Source: Antedon mediterranea (lineage: Eukaryota; Animalia; Echinodermata). From it: DNA of 64,000 bases. Positions 24,269 to 35,900 of the stretch are shown piece by piece; position 1 is the first letter of the stretch, and the number at the start of each line of letters is the position of its first letter. The notes beneath the pieces were generated by a model. The model saw only the letters and a program-made list of their open reading frames with translations. It was not told the DNA's origin and did not search any database. The stretch spans positions 17,440,871-17,504,870 of the forward strand of contig NC_092676.1 in assembly GCF_964355755.1 (NCBI RefSeq), written 5' to 3'. The position numbers were made by a program, and so were the translations under genes.

Positions 24269-25337
24269 CGGCGGCCCAAACGGTCATATCCCGTTTAACA
24301 ACTGGGGCGAAACGACTCGCCTACAATTGATGGTGATGTGAATGACGGTGATGTCTATATAAATTCTAGCTTTGAATGACGAATAAGGCCTAGGCCTAGG
24401 CCTAGTAGGACTAGGGGACTAACCCAGTCGTTTAAAGCTAGAATTACATGCATCACCGTAATTTATCAGTTTTTACAACAATAACAACAGGACCTTTTAA
24501 ACCTCTAAATGACGTAAAATACACTTACAGATACAATTATTTAAGTTTCAAAATAATGAAACAAAACAAACGTTCTTCCGACGATTAATTAGCTACAACT
24601 ACACCACCAACGACCGTACCACCAATCAACAAACTTCTATATGGCCTTGAAATGAACGCCCTCAATTCGTGAATTTTAGAACAAAACTTATTTATATTAC
24701 CAATTACCAAGTTAGCAGAAAGTAAAATGAAACATCAGAAAAATAGAAAACAGTAAAAAAAACGAAATAATTGAGGAGACAATAATCATTCATAAAATTG
24801 TTTATAATGTTAATTGATGTAGATAATAAAAAAAAGCAATATTGCAGAAAAAAAAAGTAGGCAAAATGTTTATTTTTGAGAATTAAAATGTTACGTCATT
24901 ATTATCATTATTATAATTCATTCATCGTCACAACAGCGTACAGAACCTAGCTAAATAAAATAAAAGCCTGTTACACGACCGTCCCATTTCCGTTATCATC
25001 TAGGTCCGTTATCTATCTAGATAAAGTGCTGGTAGAAAATGTAATACTGTAGGCCTACATATTGGTTTTATTTACACCACCATTGTACGCTGGAGATAGC
25101 ATAATAATTACGTCACTTAGGTAAAGATAAAGTATCGGTTATACAGTATTATAAATGCAGGTCAATCCAAGGAAAGAAGAATCACACCTCTAATATCCGG
25201 GTTAATAATTTGTTTGTGAGGCTCGCGACCAACACAGTTTTTTAGGTGATTCAGTGATTGAAACAAAAATGTGAATAACTGACGGTGGACACAACGCTTG
25301 ATTTATTATAAAGAGAGATACACAACAAGCTATAACA

Positions 25338-28300
25338 ATGTATGTATTAGGCCTAAGCTTATTTGAATCGTATAATTTTAGTTTGAACACGAGTTAGGAA
25401 CCTTTGAACCGTGATATCTGTAGAATAGCACTATATGTTTACTCATGGAGTACTGTAAACCATGTTGTTTAGATGTTAAGAAATAACAGAAAACACTGTT
25501 ACAGTTACATTGATTATTGAAAAAAAGTATTTTTCTATTATAATAAATCATTAAAAGCATATGCCATAATGAACCCAAACAACACAAATTGTTTTATGCT
25601 TTGCCTAAAGACAAAAGGGCTAAGGTAAACATGTCTGTCTGTTCAATTATTGTCTCAAGTTAATACGTTATAATCATAGAATAGGCCTAAATAATTAATG
25701 CAGTAGGCCTGTGAAATTGTTGTGGTTTCATTATTTGTATCCATCTTTATACAACAGTGACATTTAAAACATGGCAATATTGTTTATCAATTGGAGTTGG
25801 AGATGGAGAAATGTTGTCACTTAGGAGTAACTATAATTTCCTGAATAAATCTCTCCTAACATTACAATTTGTTATATTGCATAGCCTATGTAAATACGTG
25901 AACGTGAACGTTGAAACTACATCACATGACTACCGCTGCGAGGATCGTAAATCGTATATCATCGAGAACGATGATATTGACTGACTAATTTTTGCGTAAT
26001 TATCGGGATATATATATTCCCTCGAACATAATATCATTCCCTCGGAGATGTCAAATCTTATATTTCACCTCTAAGCAGGCGATATCTGTAGGCCTATAAT
26101 ATTATGACAAATCAGGCTTCAACTGAATCCTTAAAAAAAGTATAGATCCGAATTCAATGAATGAAATCTTATTCAGGTCTTCTGACAAAACCAAGCAGCT
26201 CCAGAAAGATGTCGATCAAGTAACCGACATTATGCAAGAAAATATTGAAAAAATACTGGAACGTGGAGACAAACTTGACGACTTGTCTAAACATGCTGGT
26301 GAGTTATTCTTTAGCGTCTTAACAAAACGGAGAAAAGGTAACACAGGGGAGGAATGCGATAACACATCATTTTGTTTTTGGTATTAAACCAAAATAAGGA
26401 AACACTGTATCCCCATGACACTATTAATAACCTAGCCCTGATGATCTTGAGAGATGAACCCAAATTGGAAAATTTAACTTCCAATGCATGATTCGCGTTA
26501 CGCAGATATAAGAATTTCAGATTCACAAACTGTATGGGGATAGCCAGACTACATTATGTGAGCATGTTTCCATACGTGTTTGATCCAAAAAATGTCTCGG
26601 GTAATAATATGATGTACAGTGCTTATGCGTGGTTCCCACTGCCGACGCAACACAAGGACGTAACGCAACGCAAGTGAATTGACCAATCACAAGCGATGGC
26701 TTATTCGCTTGTGATTGCAAACTGCCTATAACTTTTCGCTTGTCATGGTTAACACGCTTGCGTTGCGTTTACGTCCTTGCGTTACGTTCTAGTGGGAACC
26801 ACCAAGCTTTAGAGGTTTCACAACATTAGGCGCTTTATATATCCAAGACATTATCAATATTATCACCGGATTTGCGCCACCGTCACCAAGATTGTTTATT
26901 TCCATTATGCAATGTTAACTGTTTGTTTCTAAACACTATGAAAGTAATATCTCATCGCCTTTCTGTTTGTGCTTCATTTTTAGACGATTTAGAGCAAAAT
27001 TCGGCTGGATTTAAAAAGACCGCTGTAAAAGTTAGGAAAAAAATGTGGTGGAAAAATACTAAGGTAAGAAAATAGTTTACCAAAGCCAAAGTGATGCTAC
27101 TATATTTAACGGTTGATATATTCCGTGATTGAAAACTATTTTTATCATTCTCATTTACTATTCAAAACCTCATATTTTTACAAAACATAATTTTACAAGA
27201 GAAAGTTTTTTTTTGTAATTGTTCTTGTAAACATAAATGCGTAATGAATTGGAAAAATGCCAAATTCCAGTAAAATGTAAAACATAATAATCAATAAAAA
27301 ATAAAATGCTGGATCCAAAATAAGTATTTTGAATTATTTTCCAGGAATTGATTTTAAATGTAAATGTAAATGTGGGAACTTGCAGCCTACTGGGCTGAAT
27401 TACGCACAGGTGTGGACAACAAATACCACAACTCTCTACTCCCCTAAGTGTCCCTTCGTTTCAAGTGCTGCCACCAAACGGCGCCTGTTCGTCTGTCCAC
27501 AACGACAGGGACTGAATTGACCAGTACACCGGGGTAACTAACCCCATACTCTTCCGAAAGATGTACTGGGTTCTTTAAAGTGCACACGAGCTAGATGTGT
27601 ACACTGGAACTCCAGTTTTAAGTCATTATCCGAGAAGACTTGCTCTACCACCACCAGAACAATGGTCGAGAAGTAACTTCAACCTGTTCCGATTGTATGG
27701 CTATGGTTTTTGCGGCGGCGCCTCTGCCTTATTTTGCATAAAACCTCGTGTTATATACCACTCAAACACTCTTAAGACTAAAAACAGAACACTTTCTGCT
27801 TTCAAATTTGCTGTGGTGTGGTTGGTTCTAAAAATATTACCATTATTTGCACGGTAACCCTGATAACATATTGCATAGGTACAAACATTGAGATGAGGTT
27901 TTGATAAAATAGCGGCGATTTGCAATGCAATAACATTTACAGCAATAATAAAAACATCCTAAGCCCTTTTAAAACTGTTAAAAACTAATCTGTAAATAAA
28001 TGTGATATCAATGGATAGTAGTGCTCTACTGTTACCGATAAGTGTTTGGTATTTATATCTATCTTTATTTACTTTTGCCTATAATAATCATCATAAGTGT
28101 GTATATTAGAAACACGATGAAACAATTATCATGTATGTGTGTATACTATGGGGTCAGTGCTTTATTTTCAATACAACATATTTTAACATTGTCAACGCGA
28201 AAAGTCAGTAAATCTCATATTTCACACTTTCAGACAGGTAAGCTTATTTCGGATGTTAATCAAAAGTTATAACATCCCTTTTTGTTTATATTTTGCAGTA

Positions 28301-29523
28301 TATGATTTTGCTTACTGTCATTGTGTTGTTGATCATCTTGATTATAGTATTAGGTAAGAACTATTTGTAAAATATTTTTTAAGTAGAGTAATAAACAAGT
28401 TTACTGTGTTGCAATTAGAAAACTAAGTAATTATTATTTTAAAGCAACTGGTTGTCCAACCGATTCTGCAGATATTGTGATAGTCAGTTAGACTCTATCT
28501 ACTAATATCTGCAGAATCGGATGAGTTGTGCTGTAAAACTATATTAAACAAGGCCAACAGCCATTAAGTCGCGTGCTACAATGCCTAGTGATACCGGACC
28601 GACAGACAAACAGACCGACAGACAGACAGACCGACAGACAGACGGACCGACCGACATAGTGAACTATACTGACCGAAATTACTGAACATGTTTAAAAATG
28701 TTGAAATGTTTAAAAACATTTATATTTTTTTAATTTACACGTGCGTAGCCTGTCACTTTTGACGTGCTCGTATAACGTAATTTCGAGTTGAAAAGTAAGT
28801 CAAGAAAACAGAAATCGGGCAAAAAGAGTGCGCAACAACATTTAACGCGCAGTGCGCGCACAAAAATCTGCGCACTCATGGCAATTTTGTAAACGCTTAA
28901 AATTGCCTGAAACGTACTCTTATTTCATCGAAAATAAATTTTAAAAATTTTAAGCGCGCGTACGCATGCGTTACATGCGCTACGCACGTAATTGTATTGC
29001 CATATGATGATTTATGCCCTGAAATTTATGAGTACCAAATTTTATTTAATTGTGATTCATGGTTGTTAAGATATGATTACAAACGTGATTTCGTTAAATC
29101 GTGCGTAGACCGCGTAATTTTTTATTGCGCACCGTGAAAACATAACCACAGCGATTCCTGGCCATAAGGAATATTCTGTGAAAAATTGACTTAGCTAGAT
29201 TAAACTGATATCAAGATAAGGTCATAAAGCGATAAAACGCATAGTGATACCGGACCGACAGACAGACAGACAGACCGACAGACAGACCGACAGACAGACC
29301 GACAGACAGACAGACAGACAGACCGACCGACCGACATAGTGAACTATAGAGTCGCTTCCACGCGACTAAAAACTATATCACCATGCCTTTGATGTAACAT
29401 TGCGGTTTGAATTTTTATTGGTTTTAACTATAGTTATCTTATCTTTACCGTTTGATGGGCGCAATCAATTAAAAAACAATTATTTTTGAATTATATTTAG
29501 CTGCGTGGAGACCATGGAAATAG
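25338..29523 (+). CDS. Short R-SNARE (synaptobrevin/VAMP family, no longin domain; VAMP3/VAMP8-like)
   Basis: Exons 26177-26298 (QKDVDQVTDIMQENIEKILERGDKLDDL, with the zero-layer R), 26984-27063 (FKKTAVKVRKKMWWKNTK), 28299-28353 (TM YMILLTVIVLLIILIIVL) and 29501-29523 (AAWRPWK*). The first coding exon is uncertain: AT|gtatgt at 25338-25339, or 25569-25624. Confidence 0.88.
26630..26800. mobile_element. MITE of about 170 bp
   Basis: ggttcccact..acgcaacacaaggacgtaacgcaacgcaag is inverted relative to cttgcgttgcgtttacgtccttgcgttacg..agtgggaacc. Confidence 0.75.
27355..27730 (-). mobile_element. SINE copy, same core as 8891-9125, with (TTTACA)n tail
   Basis: Shares a ~130-bp core with 8891-9125; taaatgtaaatgtaaatg at the left end. 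Confidence 0.65.
28547..29372 (-). mobile_element. HINE/DINE-1-like (Helentron-associated) non-autonomous element
   Basis: On the minus strand: T-run, palindrome agtcgcgtggaagcgact, (GTCY)n microsatellite, core, and a cttgtt end. The core is nearly identical to 40938-41614. Confidence 0.8.
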
Positions 29524-30734
29524 TGATGTTGTCTAAAGAAGCCTCTCTATGATGTTGTGTATAGTGTTATCAATATTTGAAGTTAACATAACCGTAGATC
29601 TACAAAACGAGAAATTGAAATAATTGAAAACCTGTCTTGAAATAAACACACATAGGGTCTTCAGTAATAATAGCAATGAATCTCAACATTTGTATTTTTA
29701 AATATTATTTTTAGGATGGCATCATAATTACAATGAATGCATAGGTCATGCATACTTGGTATGTTCATTTAAGCAATACTCATTTCGGCTCTTTTCATAA
29801 ATTCTTACATTGATATGTAGGCATTATTACCATACACATTCTTTGTTGTTGCAGCAATAAGATCTTCCTCGATTAATTAAAAATATAAAAAACATTTGTT
29901 TTTAAATTTATTTGACCATTTTTAAACAGGGGCACACTCACTTGCGGAGGTGCGTCTAGAAATAATAGGATAGGCTTAAATATAAAGTTATTTTAACTAT
30001 ATAAAAATAAAAACATCGATTATAATATTATTTACGGTAATTATACAAAAACAAGATGATTAACAAATCTGGTTATAGGCCTAATGCACACGTTCAGATA
30101 TCATCATATAATTATATTAAATACGGTAGTTAATAAATGTAAATATTAGGCTATTAACGAGATAGTAAATATGAGACATAGATATGCTTGATTTTTTTTT
30201 ATTATGAAATGAATCATTTTGTAGTTAGCACAGATTTCTATTAAATATGGACTTGCTGTGATATTTGTCATTTACAAGATATATTTAATTACTATTTTAT
30301 GTAAGAAATGGATGGGATGGGATGAGACCGGACGGAAGTTTTTAAATTTGGTTACGTTGTTTTTTTATTCTAGAAAATAAAACATTATCCGCTTTTGTGT
30401 TAAGAATATGAAATAAACTGAATTATGTAACTTGTACGTATTTAAATAAATAATCATTTGTCTTCATTCGGAAGTAATTCAAAATGTTATAATGTGAATA
30501 ATTCGATTGTGATAATTATTATTAAGCGTTTTCAATTATTAAAACCTGAGCACTTGCATAAGAACTGTTGTATTTTGGAAAAACGTAAGATGATGCATTC
30601 TTACTTAAAATGGCATACAGCGACGGAACAAGAAGATCTATTTTATATATCTTATATTATTGACATCATTTGAATAATTTTCTATGAGAATACCTTATAA
30701 CGACATGCATCCTCATATGTGTGTATTTAATTCC

Positions 30735-30797
30735 GATAATAATAATAATAGTAACAATAACAATAATAATAACAATAATAATAATAATAATAATAAT
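30735..30797. repeat. (AAT)n microsatellite
   Basis: Read directly from the sequence. Confidence 0.95.
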
Positions 30798-31044
30798 ATT
30801 TTGGAGGAAATATTTAGAAATTTAGTACCGTAATTCCTACATGGCTAAAGACAGTGCGTACCTGATCAATATCTATCCTCAGTACCAGTGCGATGCAGCA
30901 TGATAATGCTTGGTAATACTTGGTTGCTAAATGTTACATTAGCTACATAAATTCAACTGTTTATAAAATAACAATACAAAAAAAACCAATATATTATTAA
31001 ACAACCATGACCAAACGAAGTGGAAATACCAGTAACAGCACTGT

Positions 31045-34000
31045 TTAAGTACACCTGTTTGTCACACGTATCTTGTATGGTTTAGGCGTCAACGTAAGCC
31101 CAAGATCACCATCAAGTGATGGAGGTGGACTGCCAATTGGAAAATCCAACTTAAAATTTTGTATGAGAAATGTGAAGAAAAGAAATAGCTCCATTTTGGC
31201 TAATGACATACCCAAACAAATTCTGCGACCTGAAAAAACAAAATTAAAATCTTAAAATAGTGGAAAATAAATAAAACATCTGCTAAAAGATATGCAAATT
31301 GACAGATAGGCAAGAACCAACTAGTTGACACAAGATGGTGTCACATTTGAATGCAAACAACAACAACAAAACCAATTACGTACCTCCACCAAAAGCTAAC
31401 ATATTTTCGTTTATCACAACTTTTCCATTTTCATCAAGGAAACGTTCAGGAACAAATTCATATGGATTCTTCCATGTGGCTTCATCATGATTGACAGCCC
31501 TAAAAATACAGTAACACTAATAGTCATTTCTACTCATTTTAATATAATATTGCTCTTTTTAAAGAAAGCCCCTCATTTCTAAATGTAGTAGCCTACAAAG
31601 TATGAATAACATACTGGTGTTATTATTATTATTATCCCTTAGGCCTATAGAGTAGAAGAGCTATGCTATTTATTTTTCGATAGCGTACTGAGTATCAGTC
31701 TTAAATATCCACAATTTCAAATGCCTTTTCAATTTAAAAGAAGGTATTGGAGTCTGTACACACTAAATGTTATGAAAGTTTATTGACTTCGAATTTGTAA
31801 TTAAATTAATAAATTGAACGACGGAACATAAGACACTCTATATTGAAACTAGTGGACAACCTACCACAAATTGGCCACAAAAACCGTCCCATTTGGTAGG
31901 TTGTATCCACCGATAGATATAGTTTCACTTGTCTTTCTCAAAATGAACGGAGCAACTGAAGAGATTCGCTGTGCCTCGTATATTACCGCTGTTGTGTACG
32001 GCATTTCTGTTTGATCCTTGAGTTCCGGATAGCGATTTGATCCGACAACCTAGAGTGAAAAGAACGTCATTAATATTGAAATATATTTTGATACAAACTA
32101 TAAAACTGCGCTTTAGTAACAGAAATGTTGTCCTACCTTTACTATTTCGAGAAATACTTTCTCCTGAATCTCTGGGTATAACCCCATGTACAGAATCATC
32201 CATGACAATGTTGATGATGTCGTTTCTGTTCCTGCCATGAATAAATTAGTTACGTTCAATTTGATGACTTCGTTATTAAAATTACCAGGGTCAATATACT
32301 CTTGTCCAATTGCAGCATCGATGAAATCGCGATTATGATCTGCCTGATATGTTTTTCTGTGTGATTTGATTTCACCGGAAAGGAAGTCGTAAATAGACAT
32401 CCAAATCTTCTTGTCATAATCAATAGTGTTCGCTTGGAATACACGTGCTAATGGAATAAAGTCATAGGCTCGTCCTTGTACTAAGAATGCTTTATCCATC
32501 AACTCTAATATTTTGAAAAATTCCTCGTCGTCGTGTTCGTGGTTTTTATTGAAGATTATCCTGCACAAGATGTTTGACACGCTTACTGAAATCAGCCTTT
32601 TCATGTCAACAACTTCCGAATCTTTTTCCTTTAAAAAAATACAACTATTATATAGAAGCTATACTACCAATAAATGTTATGTTTGTTCTTTCTGAGCGAT
32701 GTGTCTACTTATTCAATTCAGTTTAAAATAGTCTGAGTTGACGAAATTAGCTGAAAGAATACCTCACCGAAAGTTTTGTACTAAGTAGGCCTACTACTGT
32801 TTCATTATACATTGAAATACCTTTAATATAGAAATGACAGTTTTTATCTCTTCAGCCAGTTGTTTTTCCATACATCGTTTTCCAAAGCCAAATTCTCGTA
32901 AACTATTGACTACAAATTGCCTCTGGTTCTGCCATTTGTCACCATATGGTAGATCAAATATGCCTAAATAAAAAACAAGATGATGATAACTGTATAAAAT
33001 ACTGTGGAGTAGTTTCGCGTCAGGGAGTTGAGTATAATTATGTTTCCTTACCCTGGCATCATTTTGGTGCAGTACACGAAGCTTACTTGGGCTCCAATTA
33101 AACCCTAGCTATCGGCGCAAGCTCGGTGGTCTAGAGGTATGATCTCCAGGTTAGTGGTATGGAGGACAATTTAAAATATGATAGCTAATTAGAATACAAT
33201 GACGTACTTTAGTAGTGTTATATTGAGGCCGACTACTAACCTTCTTTATGTGGATTAGAAAACTCACTCTGACTCCAGAAAAAGTTACGATTACTCGTTT
33301 CGGTTCTTCGAAGAATTTCTTTTACCATCTGAGTACTGTTAACCGTCACAACCACTAAATCACCTGATTTTTATTATTCAATTAAGATTTGAGAATTAAT
33401 ACATCTTTTATTATTCAATAATCTAATTTAGAGATTGTTTAGGCCTACGAGGTTCTTTACAAAAATTTACAAAGGTTAAAAATCAAATAATCATAAATTT
33501 ACTAATGATGATCTGATTTGTATCCCTTTTTTTTAATAAACCTCACTTAAAGCGTCCTTTGCCTGGTTTTTAATGTATTTGAAATTCTTATCGTTTTTAT
33601 ATAGACCTTTTATTGTAGCATATTTCTAAATAATATCTTGCCTCTTATACATACAGTATATCGAATATTTGTCACAACGTAGGTCGATCAAATGACCTAA
33701 ACCAGTAAACACTGATGGTGTTGACACACTTATTTGCATGTTTTCATTTATTCATTTCATTCATCTTTTTATTTCGGAATATCATGGTGACATAATATAT
33801 CCATAGCAAAATAGAGAAAACAAATCTTAATCTAAGAGCTCATAGCACAAAACAAAAATATATAAATATATAAAGTCAATGCAACAAGGCATTCCATTGT
33901 ATGTGCATTCTTGACACACTAAGAACGTGGCGATTAATGGCCATGATCTTGCATATTTATAATTATACTATTTAGATATATAGGGCATTTAGGTTTTAGT

Positions 34001-34233
34001 AAGATTACCGTACCTATCATGATGCTGAAAATGTCTCCATATTTCTTCCTAATTCTATCGAAATCATAATGAACAGATGGAGTGAGCGATAAAATACTGC
34101 CGACCAAAGGAATTCCAATTGGACCTGGAGGAAAGTTCGAAGTAGGCCAACGTTTCATCAAATGCCGTACAATTATAAACCCGATTACGATTACTGCGAG
34201 TCCAGCTGTAAATAATTGCGAATAAATAATCAT
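31045..34233 (-). CDS. Cytochrome P450, clan 2 (CYP2-like), copy A, 7 exons, about 487 aa
   Basis: Exons 34014-34233, 33241-33363, 32821-32963, 32137-32628, 31865-32049, 31384-31499, 31045-31229. Motifs: TM plus PPGP, WQNQR, AGTETT, EAQR, PERF, FGGGRRICLG. Reading frame intact. Confidence 0.95.
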
Positions 34234-35900
34234 TTTCAAAAGTAACGTTATGCACTATATTCACAGATTCTGCTTTGAATTGAATTTCTACCAATCACTA
34301 TCTGCAAATACTTTTCCGTTCCCTTTTATAATCAGGGAAAAGTATGCCTACAATTTCACGATTGAACAGTCCACTCTTCCCAACAGGAAAATGTTACGGC
34401 TTGATTACTTCAACAAGGCTTGCGTACGGAAAGTGAAGGCATGGTGTAGGTAACGACCGATAAAAATGTAAAATACGCTCTTATTTATTACACAAATTGT
34501 AATTAGTACTAACTGAAGGAATGAAGAATTACACACACTCTTCTTTGTTGAACTATGACAAATGAACAAGATCAGACCATGGTACGAGTATTAAGTAGTT
34601 TAGGTATTGTTAAATTATAATGCATTTTTAAGTCAAATAGACCAGCCATTACAATAACAACAACTTAAACAATTTACCTTTAATCTTATTATTGTCATCT
34701 TATCAGCTGAACAAAGCCGGTCAAAGATAATCTATGGAATTTAGGTAGGTACCGTATATTATTTTTAAAATCCGTCAATACCTTGCATAGACTCAGCTAC
34801 ATAGACTACCAGGATTGAACTATGTTCTAACTCAAAAGAACGGAAATTGCCTATTTTAAACCTGACAAGTTTGAGACAATATTATTCATGTTTTTGCCAA
34901 ATCATAAATTAATAGCAATTAGAGCAATATCTGTAAAATTGTCGGCCTATGATTGGATTAAGGATCTGAGATTTTTCACACCACTCCCCAAGTATGTAAA
35001 GTAGTACAACATGTATGTAAAGTAGTACAACAAAACGGATCGAGATCGTGGTGCTTTGCAGCTTATTGCCATACTCTGTTAATACAACTCTTAACCACCC
35101 TACTCCAATAATCGTTTCGTAGAGTACAAATCTAATTAGCATATACTACATACATACAAATGTATACTAAATATATTTCTATTTCTAGATAACATTAAAG
35201 CAAACATAACGCTGGCATAACAATTAACATTTGCAAGTGAACTGTAACATTGTTCAACCTGCAAACAAATAATTTGCATATAATTTGCATAAACCATTTG
35301 GTAATACATAGTCCTACATACACGTTATTATAGCTAAGGAAGGATACACTTCAATGACTCTATTGTTACAGTACACATACAAGCACAGTCTAGCTAGATA
35401 ATACTTGGATTTACACATCAACAAATGCATTTGAAAGAATATATACGTCAAGTTTGTTTATGATATTTACAACCAAAGAAAGAAAAAACTGTTGCTGTTC
35501 TCTGTAATCTTAACTGTTTATGGATATTTAAGTCATATCTTTATCAACATCATGTATAGTTTTTTATTGATTTTTATGAATGTTAACTTTTTATACTGTA
35601 TATAATGTCGTAAATTGTAAGCTGGCTTGCGAGCTATAGACTTTAATTGTCTCTTTAGAAGCCCAGTATTTTGTCAAACAAATTAATTAAATGAAAGTAA
35701 TTCCGTAAGCCTACAGATAGGCCTATAACCATCCAATACCTACTTCTGCATTGTGCATTGGACTGGTGTGATGATGATGAAGATGAAGCAAGATTTTTAC
35801 TCGATCTGCTGCAAAGAATACTGGTAGCCCACTTTGTTTCACCTGGTTGTCACACGTATTCAACGTGACCAAACCAAGAGAAAATACCAGTAACATCAAT

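Noticed and set aside
176-29523. GNPTAB, PGAP4 and VAMP as a functional secretory-pathway gene cluster
   Set aside because: The spliceosomal TXNL4A is interleaved, and adjacency in an animal genome is not evidence of co-function without synteny or expression data.
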